64,000 nucleotides of DNA. Source: Octopus vulgaris. Taxonomy: Eukaryota. The position numbers and the translations under genes were made by a program. A model generated the notes under the pieces. It saw nothing but the letters and a program-made list of their open reading frames with translations, searched no databases and was not told the DNA's origin. The stretch lies in assembly GCA_951406725.2 (NCBI GenBank), contig OX597837.1, positions 15,128,001 to 15,192,000 of the forward strand, in the 5' to 3' direction. This document shows, in pieces, positions 1 through 11,221 of the stretch (its first letter is position 1; the number at the start of each line of letters is the position of its first letter).

Positions 1-850
1 AAATTCATCAAGGCTGAGAGAGACCTCTTATGAGTGACACTCGAGAACAGAACTCAGTGGATCTTGCTCTACAGAAGCCATCAGATGATTGCTGAGGAGA
101 GAATAAGACCCAAGGTGTTGGAGAAGGTGAATTAATGAATGTTTTACTACCTATGAGATGTTGGAAGTGAACAAAACAGGGAGATGGATGGGTTACCCTA
201 GTTATGGACTGTAATACAGTTTCAAAGATCAGGACAGATTCTAAGAGAGAGAGAGAGAGAGACTGAAAAGTTTGGCAAGTATAGGATCTAGCTGAGGGGC
301 ACAGTGAATGTAATGGAAGGGGTGTAGGGATATTAACGGGGCTGGTGGGATTATCAGTTTGAAGTAACAGGAAATGTTCTTGGCATATACGGAGAATTGT
401 GGAATGCAGTAGAAAAGTTTTGAGTGTGTGTAATGTGAAGCTGGATGCAAATTAGACAGCAAATGTAGCCGACTTCGCGAATATTGCTTAGAGAAGAGCC
501 ATCTTGGTTTCATGATTGGTGGGAAGGGGTTTTTTGAAAAGCTGACAGAGATTCTTTTGGAAAGAGACCAGAAGGACTGAGTACAGTTTGAGAGGCAGGC
601 AATGCAATGCAAAAAGACATCTTTTGCATTATGGGTGGTCGCCTTGCATGAGATGCCACGGTGAATTACCCAACCACATAAACCAAAGTTTGTAAAATTA
701 AGTGTGTGGATCTGTGGTACAACGCTATGCTAATAGAAGGCATCGAGCAGTGGGACCCATCAGCTGAGAGTTCCTCATCCATTTGAGGCTTTTATCTCAG
801 TCTCCACCAGAGTAACAGACACAGATACATGGCAAGCCGAAAACGTCAAC
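1..850 (-). mobile_element. Degraded non-LTR retrotransposon (LINE) ORF2 remnant
   Basis: Minus-strand translation gives broken RT-proximal motifs (SFWSLSK; HLGSYSLLSNHL..ARSTE, like HLE.N.LLSD.Q.GFR..RST) with many stops and frameshifts. Boundaries approximate. Confidence 0.5.
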
Positions 851-902
851 AGCAAGATTTCTCATGATTATCACACACTACAATATTATGCATCCAACTT
901 AC

Positions 903-959
903 AATGCCAGTGGGTTTCACATCAATGTCATCCTCATTCAGAGAATTTTCATCTGTAAG
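903..959 (-). CDS. ZNF143: Staf/ZNF143-like transcription factor, coding exon 6 (LTDENSLNEDDIDVKPTGI); gene continues off the left edge
   Basis: Acceptor ccttttctttatag and donor GTAAGT on the minus strand; 57 nt, phase 0-0, fits the previous exon. No conserved motif inside, so support is splice and phase only. Confidence 0.65.
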
Positions 960-1487
960 CTATAAAGAAAAGGAGAATTCACAGGATGTGATTTCACTTT
1001 AGATATGCGTTGATTGAATACATATAGGTTTGGGCAACGACTGCGCTCAACATATGCATCGTGAGCAGCAGGAACGGTAAAGGAAATGCCTTTAGTACAA
1101 AGTAACCACAGAGCCATTAAAACTGACAGAAAGCAGCAGAGTTACAGCAAAGCTAGTCACGAAGACCACTTCACTTACAAGGAAAATTTTTAGCCAAGAA
1201 CAAATCACTATTCATAGAACATGAAACCTCGTTACTCACTGAACCTAGAACCCTGTGGTTTGGAAGTAGACTTCTTACCATACAGCCATACCTATGCCAC
1301 CTTCATGAGATTCAATCTATTTTGAGTAATCTTCATCACTTTGTCTCACGTTTTCTCAGGTCTCCCTCTAAGACAGGTTCCACCACTTCAAGTGCTCGGT
1401 ACTTCTTTATACAACTCAACATCCTTCATATACATCACATGATCGTGCTAACACAATCTCACTCCCATACACACACACACATATATA

Positions 1488-1645
1488 CAACAGGCTTCTT
1501 TCAGTTTCCATCTACCTAATCCACTCACAAAGCTTTGGTGGGCCAAAGGCTATATCAGAAGACACTTACCCAAGATGTCGTGCAATGAGACTGAACCTGG
1601 AACCAAGTGGTTGGGAAACAACCTTCTTAACCACACAGCCATGAC
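1488..1645 (-). mobile_element. tRNA-derived SINE (family with ggctgtgtggttaag...ggttcagtcccactg...gaaactgaaagaagcc)
   Basis: A/B-box-like head; similar copies at about 2020-2432 (+), 8395-8532 (-), 26665-26828 (-), 35941-36315 (+), 56826-56990 (+). Confidence 0.75.
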
Positions 1646-2970
1646 TGTATTTGATATTTGTATGATTATATCAGGCAAAGATCAATAGATCCGAAAATGA
1701 ATATCCTGGGTCACATAAATATTCTATTGAATTATCTCCCTTCAGGCCAATAACCACTTCACATCTATTTTACAAGAACAAAGAAGCCAGTGCAGACAAG
1801 TAAGGAGAGATGTACGTAACTAAACTCTCAAAGGCACAGCCAAAGTACAACCAGTAAAAGAAGAATAAAAGAATGGTGAGGCTGAGAGAAGATCACCAGA
1901 ACTTAACTCATGTCAGATGAAAATTTCTGTCACATCTGCCAATGTTGCTTGATTTGGAATTACTTAAACACTCCAATTAATAAATGAATTATTTATATCT
2001 TAAGGCAAGGCTATAAGTATAGACATGATTGTGTGGTTCAGAAGCTCACTTTGCAACCACATGGTTTTAGGTTCAATTCCACTGTGTGGCACTTTGGGCA
2101 AATGTCTTCTACTGCAGCCCTGGGCTTACCAAAACCTTGAGAGTGAATTTGGTAGATGAAAAATAAGTGGAAACCCATCGTGTATGTGTGTCTGTGTGTG
2201 TGTATGTGTTTGTATGTCTGTCTATCTTTGTGTTTGTCCCTCCACCCTGTGACAATCAGTATTGGTTTGTTTACATCCCTGTAACATAGCGGTTTGGCAA
2301 AGGAGACCAATAGGATAAGTACCAAGCTTAAAAATTTAAAAAACAACAAGTACTGTGGTCAATTTGTTTGAATAAACCTGTTGAGGCTGTGCCCCAGCAT
2401 GGCTGCTGTCCAATGACTGAAACAAATATAAGACATATACACATATACAGACTTATGTACAGAGATATTCAAATCCATGCGCAGCAATGGCTGTGTTTCG
2501 ACCACTCATGTCTTGATAATTATTAGATCAGCAGCAATCATATTCCTACATTTATACATTTCTCTACATCAGATCTGAATTTTATTTCGTTTTTTTCAAA
2601 GTTTGGAGATTAAAACAACAGTGAAGGATGCTGAAATAAAGAAACCCTGCATTCAGAAATCATCAGCATTTAACGCCTCTGCTCCATGCTGTCACAGGTC
2701 GGATGGTTTGACAAGGATCCAGTGAGTGAAGGATGGCATCATACTCCAGCCTCTGCTTTCATATGGTTTCTACAGATGGATGCCCTTTCTGTTGCCAAAC
2801 CTCACCTGTTTCCAAACAAGGTAATGTTTTCCTGTGGTTAGACATGATTTTCACAAAAGACTGGAAATGAACATCACTTGCATAATGACAAATGTTCATT
2901 TACAACCATCACAAGACATCAAGACAAGGTACACAATACACACATACACACTCAAGCTTCTTTAAGTTTC

Positions 2971-3196
2971 TTATTTTTTATTTCCCACAAGGGGCTACAC
3001 ACAGAGGGGACAAACAAGGACAGACAAACGGATAAAGTCGATTACATCGACCCCAGTGCGTAACTGGTACTTATTTAATCGACCCCGAAAGGATGAAAGG
3101 CAAAGTTGACCTCGGCAGAGTTTGAACTCAGAACACAGTAGCAGACGAAATACCACAAAGCCCGGCGTGCTAACGTTTCTGCCATCTCGCCACCTT
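2971..3196 (-). mobile_element. Abundant SINE (family with ggcgagctggcagaa...gttctgagttcaaattc...gtcgactttgcctttcatcc)
   Basis: Near full-length copy; others at about 6980-7195, 11395-11614, 21001-21660, 22044-22275, 23064-23296, 58143-58550. Confidence 0.8.
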
Positions 3197-3732
3197 CTTT
3201 CAGTTTCTTTCTACCAAATTCACTCACAAGGCTTTGGTCAACCTGGAACTTTAGAAGACACTTGACCAGGATACCACACAGCAGGATACATGCATACATA
3301 CGTACGTACGTACATACATACAAACATGTATATGCATATGTAGGATAAATTATCTACATTTCCATATACCTACCAAACAATCTATCAATCCACCCCTTTA
3401 ACCTATGTATCTACTGATCAGTCGATATGTCTGTCCATATAGCTATCAACCCATCTATCTCTCTCTGTCTGCCCTTTTCTCTACCCATCTACTTTTATAC
3501 CTACTTCTAAAATCCCAAATCTTTTTTCATCCTAAAAACTTTTGAACTTTCATATCCACAAACCTTTAAAGCTTTTACATCCAGGAACTTTTTTAATAAT
3601 TTTTATATTCTTGAACTCTACTACATTTATTGTATTTCATTTTGTTTTTATTTTATTTTTTCTCATCTCCCCCCTCATATCTTACTAAATGGAGCCATGC
3701 CACCTGAGTTACACCAACACAATATATATATA

Positions 3733-3850
3733 GGCACATGGCTTAGTGGTTAAAGTGTTGCACTCACGACTGCAAAATCTTGGGTTCGATTCCCAGACCG
3801 GGTGTTGCGCTGTGTTTTTGAGCAAAGCACTTCATTTCACATTGCACCTG
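3733..3850 (+). mobile_element. tRNA-derived SINE head
   Basis: A box TGGCTTAGTGG, B box GGTTCGATTCC, then gtgtttttgagcaaagcactt core; related copies near 13530 and 40079. Confidence 0.65.
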
Positions 3851-4217
3851 TACAGGTAATGTTGATCTGATGGAGAGAGTGAGCTTATCTCTACACAAAC
3901 ATTTGATCACTATAAACAAATCATCTGCATAGTTGATCGGTAAGAAATTATCAAACCCTCAAACGTCATCTAATGACGAGAGAGTCTAACATATATATAC
4001 ACACACACACACACGCACGCATACACACATGAGTGAACACACAGATACATATATTTAAAAGAAGAACACCTAATGGTAATTGGAGACGAAGGCACAAAGA
4101 CACTGAAAGAAGAAATCAATACTATAAAGAAAAATTTCAATAATTCTTATCCCAAGAATTCATCTTAGGTATTTGGAATGTGACAAAGGATAAAATGACA
4201 TTTCTTCTATGACTCAC

Positions 4218-4351
4218 ATGTGAATTAAGATGGTCCAAATTGAGTCCTTCACCATCATCCAGACTTGCAGTGTCACTGAACAATGTCTGAGGTGCAGTGT
4301 GAGCAATGTAAGCTGTAGTTCCATCTTCTAGTTGCACTGCTTGAAGACCCT
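4218..4351 (-). CDS. ZNF143: Staf/ZNF143-like, coding exon 5 (EGLQAVQLEDGTTAYIAH...HLNSH), repeat 4
   Basis: LQAVQLEDGTTAYI matches the ZNF143/ZNF76 activation repeat; acceptor ccttttcag, donor GTGAGT; 134 nt, phase 1-0. Confidence 0.92.
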
Positions 4352-4765
4352 CTGAAAAGGAGCATGACACACTTATTAGCGGGATTACAAATAGATGTTC
4401 AAGTCCTAAACCCGGAAGGTGTTTTTTTTTCTTCAGTCAGCACTACAGAACATTGGGTAGGGGGTCACTTATATTTCAAGAGAATGTGAAATAATTATTT
4501 TTTGAAATGGTAAAACTCAAAGCAGGTAAATATGAATAATAGCATGTAATTATTGAGTTTGAAAAAAAACTCTTTGGAAAGAAAAAGTCAAAGCTGTGTC
4601 TGTTTCAAGTTTCACCAATCCATAAAAAAAGAAAAGAATTTTTTCACATTCTCACGAACTTTCTAAGTTCTTATGTTGTCAATGGTACCAATACTAATAC
4701 TACAATTAATAATCAAAAGATTTTAAATCTATAGAACCCAGCCACTTATAATTGAATAACCGTAC

Positions 4766-4879
4766 CTTTGTGATGGTGATGAAGGTAGGCAGTACTGCCA
4801 TCTTCCAACTGTACCGGTTGGCCATCAACAAATTTGGTGGTCGTTGTCGTTGTGGTCGCCGTAGCCTCAGCTTCTGTAA
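4766..4879 (-). CDS. ZNF143: Staf/ZNF143-like, coding exon 4 (VTEAEATATTTTTTKFVDGQPVQLEDGSTAYLHHHHK), repeat 3
   Basis: DGQPVQLEDGSTAY repeat; acceptor ttggttatcag (an alternative in-frame CAG lies 6 nt further in), donor GTACGG; 114 nt, phase 1-1. Confidence 0.9.
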
Positions 4880-5798
4880 CTGATAACCAAAACAAACATT
4901 TCTGTGAAATCAATTAAAATATTACCTGTATACAAAATAATGAAACGGCAAAGTCATTAGAGCATTGGATAGACTGCCTTGTGGTGTTATTTCCAGATCC
5001 CTGCACTCCAAGTCCAAATAATGCCATGCTCAAATGTACAAATCCTGGATTTGTACCAGTCCTGTGCTACAGTCGATCATTCTCTCTCTCTTCCCTTCAA
5101 GAAGAAAGAAGCTTTGGTTCAGACCTGAAGAAAGATGGACTCTGTCAGGTCTGAAAAATGCCCCAAAACATACTACATGTCAGGATGGTACTCTCCATGA
5201 TTTCATTAGAAACTGAGGGCCCTCGTCAAGACAAAACATGTATGCATTACCTCAAGGTTTTATCTATCATGTATGTCATCAAAGAAGCCCATGAAGATAA
5301 TCAATATAAGAGAGAGAGAACAATACAAATTACCACTTATCATCCTCATCCCCTTCTCTATGCTTGCACAGGTCAAATGGCATTTTATTAAAGTAGATTT
5401 TCTATGACCGGACATTCTTCCTGTTACTCAGCTTCTGTAACTGATAACCAAAACAAACATTTCTGTAAAATCAATTAAAGTATTACCTGTATACAAAACA
5501 ATGAAATGGCAGAGTCATTAGAGCATTGGATCATTAGAGCCTTGTGGTATTTGTTCCAGATCCCTGCACTCCAAGTCCAAATAATGCCATGCTCAAATGT
5601 ACAAATCCTGGATTTGTACAACAGTTGATATCTCTCTCTCTCTTTTTTCCCTTCAAGAAAACTGAACCCAAAACTTTGTTGTTTGGAAGCAAACTCTTGC
5701 CAAGACAAAGCATATATATTATCTCGACTTTTAATCTATTCGATATATGTCAACAAAGAAGCCCTTGAAGATAATCAATATAAGAGAGAGAGAGAGAA
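4866..5798. repeat. Local tandem duplication (about 4866-5320 and 5427-5798) containing the exon-4 acceptor
   Basis: ctcagcttctgtaactgataaccaaaacaaacatttctg...gatccctgcactccaagtccaaataatgccatgctcaaatgtacaaatcctggatttgtac occurs twice, 561 nt apart at the acceptor. Confidence 0.9.
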
Positions 5799-5899
5799 TC
5801 CATGTTATTTACATATAGTTCACTATCAAGCTGATTTCTACATCAATCATTATCTTTTGTTTCATCCATGGGTTTTTGGATGTTTGCACATGTGCAGCC

Positions 5900-6950
5900 T
5901 TAGTTGCAAATGGGACACATCAAAGATTTGGTCGGTGCTAGAAGGGGTAGGTCTGCATTTATGCTTCTTTTCTTGCTTCTCTTCATGGTACAAAGTGCGT
6001 CTTTCCTCCATGTCTTCATTCCAAAGCAAGTGATGGGTAGTGAGGTCTTCTACTTTTGGAGGGCTAATATTGTTCCTCTTTCATGCATACTTTATTTGAT
6101 CTTTGAACTGCTTCTTTTGTCTTCAAGTGTTGAACAATGGTGTAGAGACTTGCAGAGACTTGCAAACAGCTTGTTTATGCAAGTGCTGACAGTCAAAAGT
6201 TCCACATACCAAACATCAACATTTTGCAGGAGTCATCAAGAACCATTTCAAGACCTTCCTCTTGATAGCTTTACAATACATTGGCCCAAATTCACTGATG
6301 TGAGGCCCCACCTACTGGATCAACTGACCAGTGTTTAACCATTAACATTTGAGCTTAGGTACTTCACACTTGCTCTTTGAAGCTTTTGTAACTGGCCTTC
6401 TCGTTTACAGTAAGCCACAAAACCTTCAGGTTTTTTCATCCTCTCTTCTGGTGAAGAGGCATCTTGACTGAATGACTTCTGCTTAGAAAGAGCTTCAGTT
6501 GAAGCATTTATCAATCCACTGTGGTTTGATTCCTAGGATGTGTGTTTGACATAACCAGATGACTTCTTATACTTCTAGCCTTGATGTATCATCAATCCTA
6601 CTTCAGAACCAAAGGGTTTACCACACTGCCTGCACTCTTAGCCACTTCCAATCTCCTCCATTTCCTCACTTAAGGCATCTATAGTGTGGACTCAGCACTA
6701 CTGCTGTTGGTTTGAAGGAGGATTCCTGCATATGTGTAATCTTATCTTGTTATATACCTGAAAGAATCTTCTGCAGGCAGAGGAGGTTAAAGGTTTCCAA
6801 ATTTTTGTCCAGTATATGTGATCCGTGTTGTGTACAGATATTTTCTCCTTATCGAATGTGCCTCGGTGTATGTGGAAGCCATTCTGTGACTTTGGTGGAA
6901 TGGTTTTTGCCTCCAAGACTGGTTTTAGAGCAAGAACAGTTGTCTCCCTT
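5900..6950 (-). mobile_element. Degraded RTE-like LINE remnant
   Basis: Broken minus-strand peptide LETFNLLCLQKILSGI*QDKITH resembles the RTE ORF C-terminal L..F.LRCLRKIL.I.W.DKITN motif. Confidence 0.5.
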
Positions 6951-7405
6951 GCTTTAAATAGATGCTGACAACATTAATTACAAAATTTGGCACAAGGCCA
7001 GCAATTTCAAGGGAAAGGTAAGTTAATTGCCTCAACCCCCACTCTATGCACAACTGGTACCTATTTCATCGACCCTGAAAGGATGAAAGACAAAGTCGAC
7101 CTCAGTGGAATTTAAACTCAGAATGTAAAGATGGACCAGATACTGCAAAGTATTTTGCATGGCATGCTGACGGTTCTGCAAGCTTGCCACCTTACGACGA
7201 TGATGACAATATTGTGATTCTCAGATTTTAAGAGGCACAACAACAATTTATACCCTAAATACAACCACTGTTCTCCGGGTAGCCAAAAACCTTGCAAAAC
7301 ACTTACAATGAGTACTGTCTGATCCTTTAAATCCCTATTTCCAGTTATGATAGATCGTTAGCTACTACACACACTTTTTTTTCTCTCCTTGTTTTTTTCT
7401 GTGTA

Positions 7406-7443
7406 TCTTCCTGTAGAAGAGCGTAGGCTCGAAACGTAAAAGA
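7406..7443 (+). ncRNA. Degenerate minimal hammerhead ribozyme motif in a Penelope-like remnant
   Basis: tcttc-CTGTAGA-a-GAGC gtag GCTC-GAAA-CG-TA-aaaga: type I topology with palindromic ACGT stem III; core has U at A6 and stem I has one mismatch. Confidence 0.55.
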
Positions 7444-7628
7444 CTTTTTCTATTCCTGAGCAGTATACTAATACATCTGTTTGTTTTGTACACCACCTGT
7501 CTTCGTCTTTTGTTTTTTCATAAACTTTCCCTACATATATATATATATATATATGCATTTAGATATATCTATGTAAAGAGAGAGAGACAGACATATTACT
7601 ATCAAAGTTTTAGAATTCAAGAACATAC

Positions 7629-7718
7629 CCATGTCAGCTTTTTCTGCCAAACCAGTGTGCATTATGGCAGTGGTACCATCATCCAGCGTTACTGTCGTGC
7701 CATCAAAAAATTTGGCAT
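7629..7718 (-). CDS. ZNF143: Staf/ZNF143-like, coding exon 3 (DAKFFDGTTVTLDDGTTAIMHTGLAEKADM), repeat 2
   Basis: Matches human DAKLIDGQVIQLEDGSAAY; acceptor tttatttccag, donor GTATGT; 90 nt, phase 1-1. Not in the ORF track. Confidence 0.9.
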
Positions 7719-8585
7719 CTGGAAATAAAAAACATTTAAAAATTTGTTACATAATAATTCTAGGGTAAAGTTTTCAATAGGAAGTTTCTAACAAAGGGTT
7801 TCTTATACAGATTGACCATGTTGTATATAACATGGGCATTCTTAACCAAATGGTTTCAGGTTCAGTCCTGCTTCATGGATCATTGGACAAGTGTCTTCTA
7901 AAGCCCTGGGCTGGCCAAAGACTTCTGAAGGGATTTGATAGACAGAAACTGAAAGAACCTTAGTGAGTGCGTGTGTGTGTGTATTTATGAGTGGACATGT
8001 GTGTTTATGAGTATGCATGCATGTATGAGTGTATGTGTGTGTGTACATGTGTGTGTGTGTCTGTGTGTCCAATCGTCTTTTTGTTGCCATAATTCTGTTT
8101 GAAATACACACTCTTTTGATTCCATTAATTTTGAAAATAACGAAGAAGTGAGCAAAACAGTTTTGCCATCGTTAAGCTCGTGTCTGGAACATTTTAACAT
8201 ATTGAAGGAAGATTTTTAATTTAATGTAAAAAGGAAGTTTGTCTCATAGAACCAAGGACGATCTCAAGAAGGTTGGTATTCAAAGCATTAACAAATGAGA
8301 CGATGCATGACATTACATCTCTGTCCAACCCATTTCAGCACGATATGACAAGAAAGGATGTTACAACAAAGATAATGAGACCTTTATCTATTACTTGTTT
8401 CAGTTTCCATCTACCGAAATCCACTCGCAAGGCTATAGTAAAAGACGCTTGCCCAAAGTGCCACGCAGTGGGACTGAACCTGGAGCCATGTGGTTGGGAA
8501 GCAAGCTTCTCACCACACGGCCACTCCTGCACCCATTGTATATATAAACATACACATATATAGACAGGCAGACAGACATAAAGAC

Positions 8586-8712
<127 letters not shown>

Positions 8713-8915
8713 ATAAATTCTACATTGCCTCTAGACAAACTGATGCAATGCAGAATAAAGTGCTTTTCCCAGAAATCCAGCAAAATACTTGCAGAGGGTT
8801 TGAACTCACAATCTATGAGCTGGTAACCCAATAGCTTATCCACATGACCAGGTTTCCCCTACCCAAATTTAAATATCACAACAACAACAAAAAGTGGACG
8901 GAGGAGTGCAGCAAC

Positions 8916-9039
8916 CTTTTGTAGGATGTAGATAGGCTGTAGTACCGTCAGCCAGTGTAACTGCTTGGACTGTGTGGTCAGGGTTTGCCGTTACGACAGT
9001 CACAGGGTGGGCTTGGCTCATTGCCCCATCGCTGTCACC
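8916..9039 (-). CDS. ZNF143: Staf/ZNF143-like, coding exon 2 (GDSDGAMSQAHPVTVVTANPDHTVQAVTLADGTTAYLHPTK), repeat 1
   Basis: QAVTLADGTTAY matches human QAVTLADGSTAY; acceptor ttttctacag; donor AAG/GTTGCT is weak but required, since read-through hits TAA; 124 nt, phase 0-1. Confidence 0.88.
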
Positions 9040-10271
9040 CTGTAGAAAATAAAAGGAAAAGAATAGATATTAATCTATGTGCTCACCAATGGGAACATGG
9101 ATAAAACAAATAACATACAAAAGCATAAAACAGATAACATTATCATGATGATGGTGGTGGTAACAATAGTGATGGTGATGATGACGACGACAATGATGAT
9201 GATGACAGAGAAGAGGGCAACAACAGCAACATCAACAACACTACAGCCATCCCTACGTGGTTAAGAAGTCAGCTTCACAACCATATAGTCCAAGAACTGA
9301 CCCCTCTGTTTTGCACTTCTACTATTTAGCCTCAGGTTGACCAATGCCATCATCCTTATTTAATATCCGCTTTCCACACTGGCATACATTGGACAGTTTG
9401 ACAGGATCCAACAAGTTAGAGGGCCATGCCAGGCTCCACTGTCTGCTTAGAGATAAATCTGAAGATGTCAATATCTTTGGTAAGTTAATATCTCCAATAA
9501 ATATTCTTCATAACTGGTGAACTAAGTGTTCTGTCCAGCAACAGAGCCAACAGTGGATATGAACTCATAACCCTTGAGCTATTTATTCAATATTCCTGGA
9601 ATGCAAACTTTACCACCATTGTCACATATTACACTAAGGGACAAGGTGTGTATGCTATTGTACTTCCCTCAATAATTCTATGGAAATATATACAACTTCC
9701 AACTCCCAGCATTGAGGATGAATGAAGTCAGCTCAACCCACCCCGGGTGAATGCTGTCTCAAGACAAGAAGATACAACTCCCAACTGAGGAACCAACAGT
9801 ATAAAGAAGCTGTCAGCATTCATACCATCTACATTGACAGTGCATTATCCCTAAACCCCAGTCCTCTTACCAAAGAATATCAGCTTCCCAGGATTCCCTT
9901 ATTCCCTTCTGTACATGTTTTACCTACGGCTGTTCAAGTGGACCTCTTTAACCGTGCCAATCTCGCTCCAAAAACCATAGTCACATCCCTCTCCTTCAGA
10001 CCATCATTAGTGTCACCATTCTAATGTCCACTGTTCCATGCTTGCAAGAGTTGAATGAAGTTCATAGCAGCAGAGTTTCTACAGCTGGATGCCTTTCCTG
10101 TTGCCAAACCTTACATAACCAGACATGTTTTCAATGAATATTGGAAATGAATAATATTCCTTTACAGCAATCACGTGATGTTAAGACAAAAGAACATAAA
10201 CACTCACTCACCCACACACAAATTTTTTTTTCTTTTTCAATGATCTTTCTCATTCTTTTTCTTTTCTATTT

Positions 10272-10309
10272 TTCTTCTGATGAAGGACTTGTGTCTGCAA
10301 TGTCAAGAA
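10272..10309 (+). ncRNA. Degenerate minimal hammerhead ribozyme motif
   Basis: ttctt-CTGATGA-a-GGAC ttgt GTCT-GCAA-TG-TC-aagaa: perfect stem I and core, but GAAA reads GCAA and CG reads TG. Confidence 0.55.
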
Positions 10310-10395
10310 CCTACCCCTTCTTTCTAATACACCAAGTGTTAAAACTTGCTCCTCCGATAACATCTTACTTTTGTACTCATTGCCTAATATATATA

Positions 10396-10815
10396 TATAT
10401 ATAAGAATTTTTTGCGTAATGAGATAAAAAACCAAGGCTGTATAGATATTAGAGCATTTATAGATAGAAGGTCTTACAGCAGTTTCTAGGATATTTATTA
10501 ATCATATCCCTTCATCGGAAACGGTGTGAGAGGAAAAATTAAGTCACACCGTCTCCGATGAAGGGATATTATTAATTAATATCCTACAAACAGCTGTAAG
10601 ACCTTCTATCTATAAATGCTCTAATATCTATACAGGCTTGTTTTCTTTTTATCTTATTACGCAAAAAATTCTTATATACACACGCTGACATAGAACCAAC
10701 GTTGAACCCTTTATTCGTAATATTACCGAATCTGGAGCTTAACTATGGTCTGTCTATAGCACTTATTCAGCATTACCTGACACCTTTGGGTCTCAATGAC
10801 ACCACTATCTCTTAT
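10396..10815. mobile_element. Penelope-like element remnant with an inverted duplication (about 135-bp arms), each arm carrying a hammerhead motif
   Basis: 10396-10529 is the near-perfect reverse complement of 10544-10678; motif CCGATGA-stem II-(G/C)AAA-C(A/T)GCTG-TA in each arm; flanked by (TA)n. Confidence 0.7.
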
Positions 10816-11062
10816 ATATATACATATATATATATATAACAGGCTTCTTTCAGTTTCTATCTAGCAAGGCTTTGGTCCAAGGCTATTGTAGGAGACACTT
10901 GCTCAAGGTGAGACTGAACCCAAAACTATGAAGTTGGGAAGCAAAATTTTTAACCCCACAACCATGCCTACACGTAGCCAATAAAAAAAATGGTTAGAGA
11001 AAATAGAGAGTAAAAGAAAAAGTAGCTGTTACAAAGGTAAGACAAGGTGAGACAAACTTTAC

Positions 11063-11221
11063 CTCAGTGGTATGAAGAAGAAGGCCAATAACTTTTTGTC
11101 CTGCTGCTTCAGCAGTAAAGCCATGAGGGTTCACTTGAATCGACTCTTCTAGTTCCCGGGTGTGTAAATCATTCTTAATGGCAACAGAATCAGACACATG
11201 ATCCAGATCATCCATCTCCAT
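11063..11221 (-). CDS. ZNF143: Staf/ZNF143-like, coding exon 1 (MEMDDLDHV...QKVIGLLLHTTE); exon extends to 11258 as 5' UTR
   Basis: ATG at 11221 with an upstream in-frame TGA (11245-11243); acceptor tttcatttgcag, donor GAG/GTAAAG; phase 0 joins exon 2. Confidence 0.8.

Noticed and set aside
9010-9021. ATGAGCCAAGC (MSQA) shared by ZNF143 exon 2 and the eIF4G2 uORF
   Set aside because: An 11-nt identity is expected by chance among the many comparisons in 64 kb.
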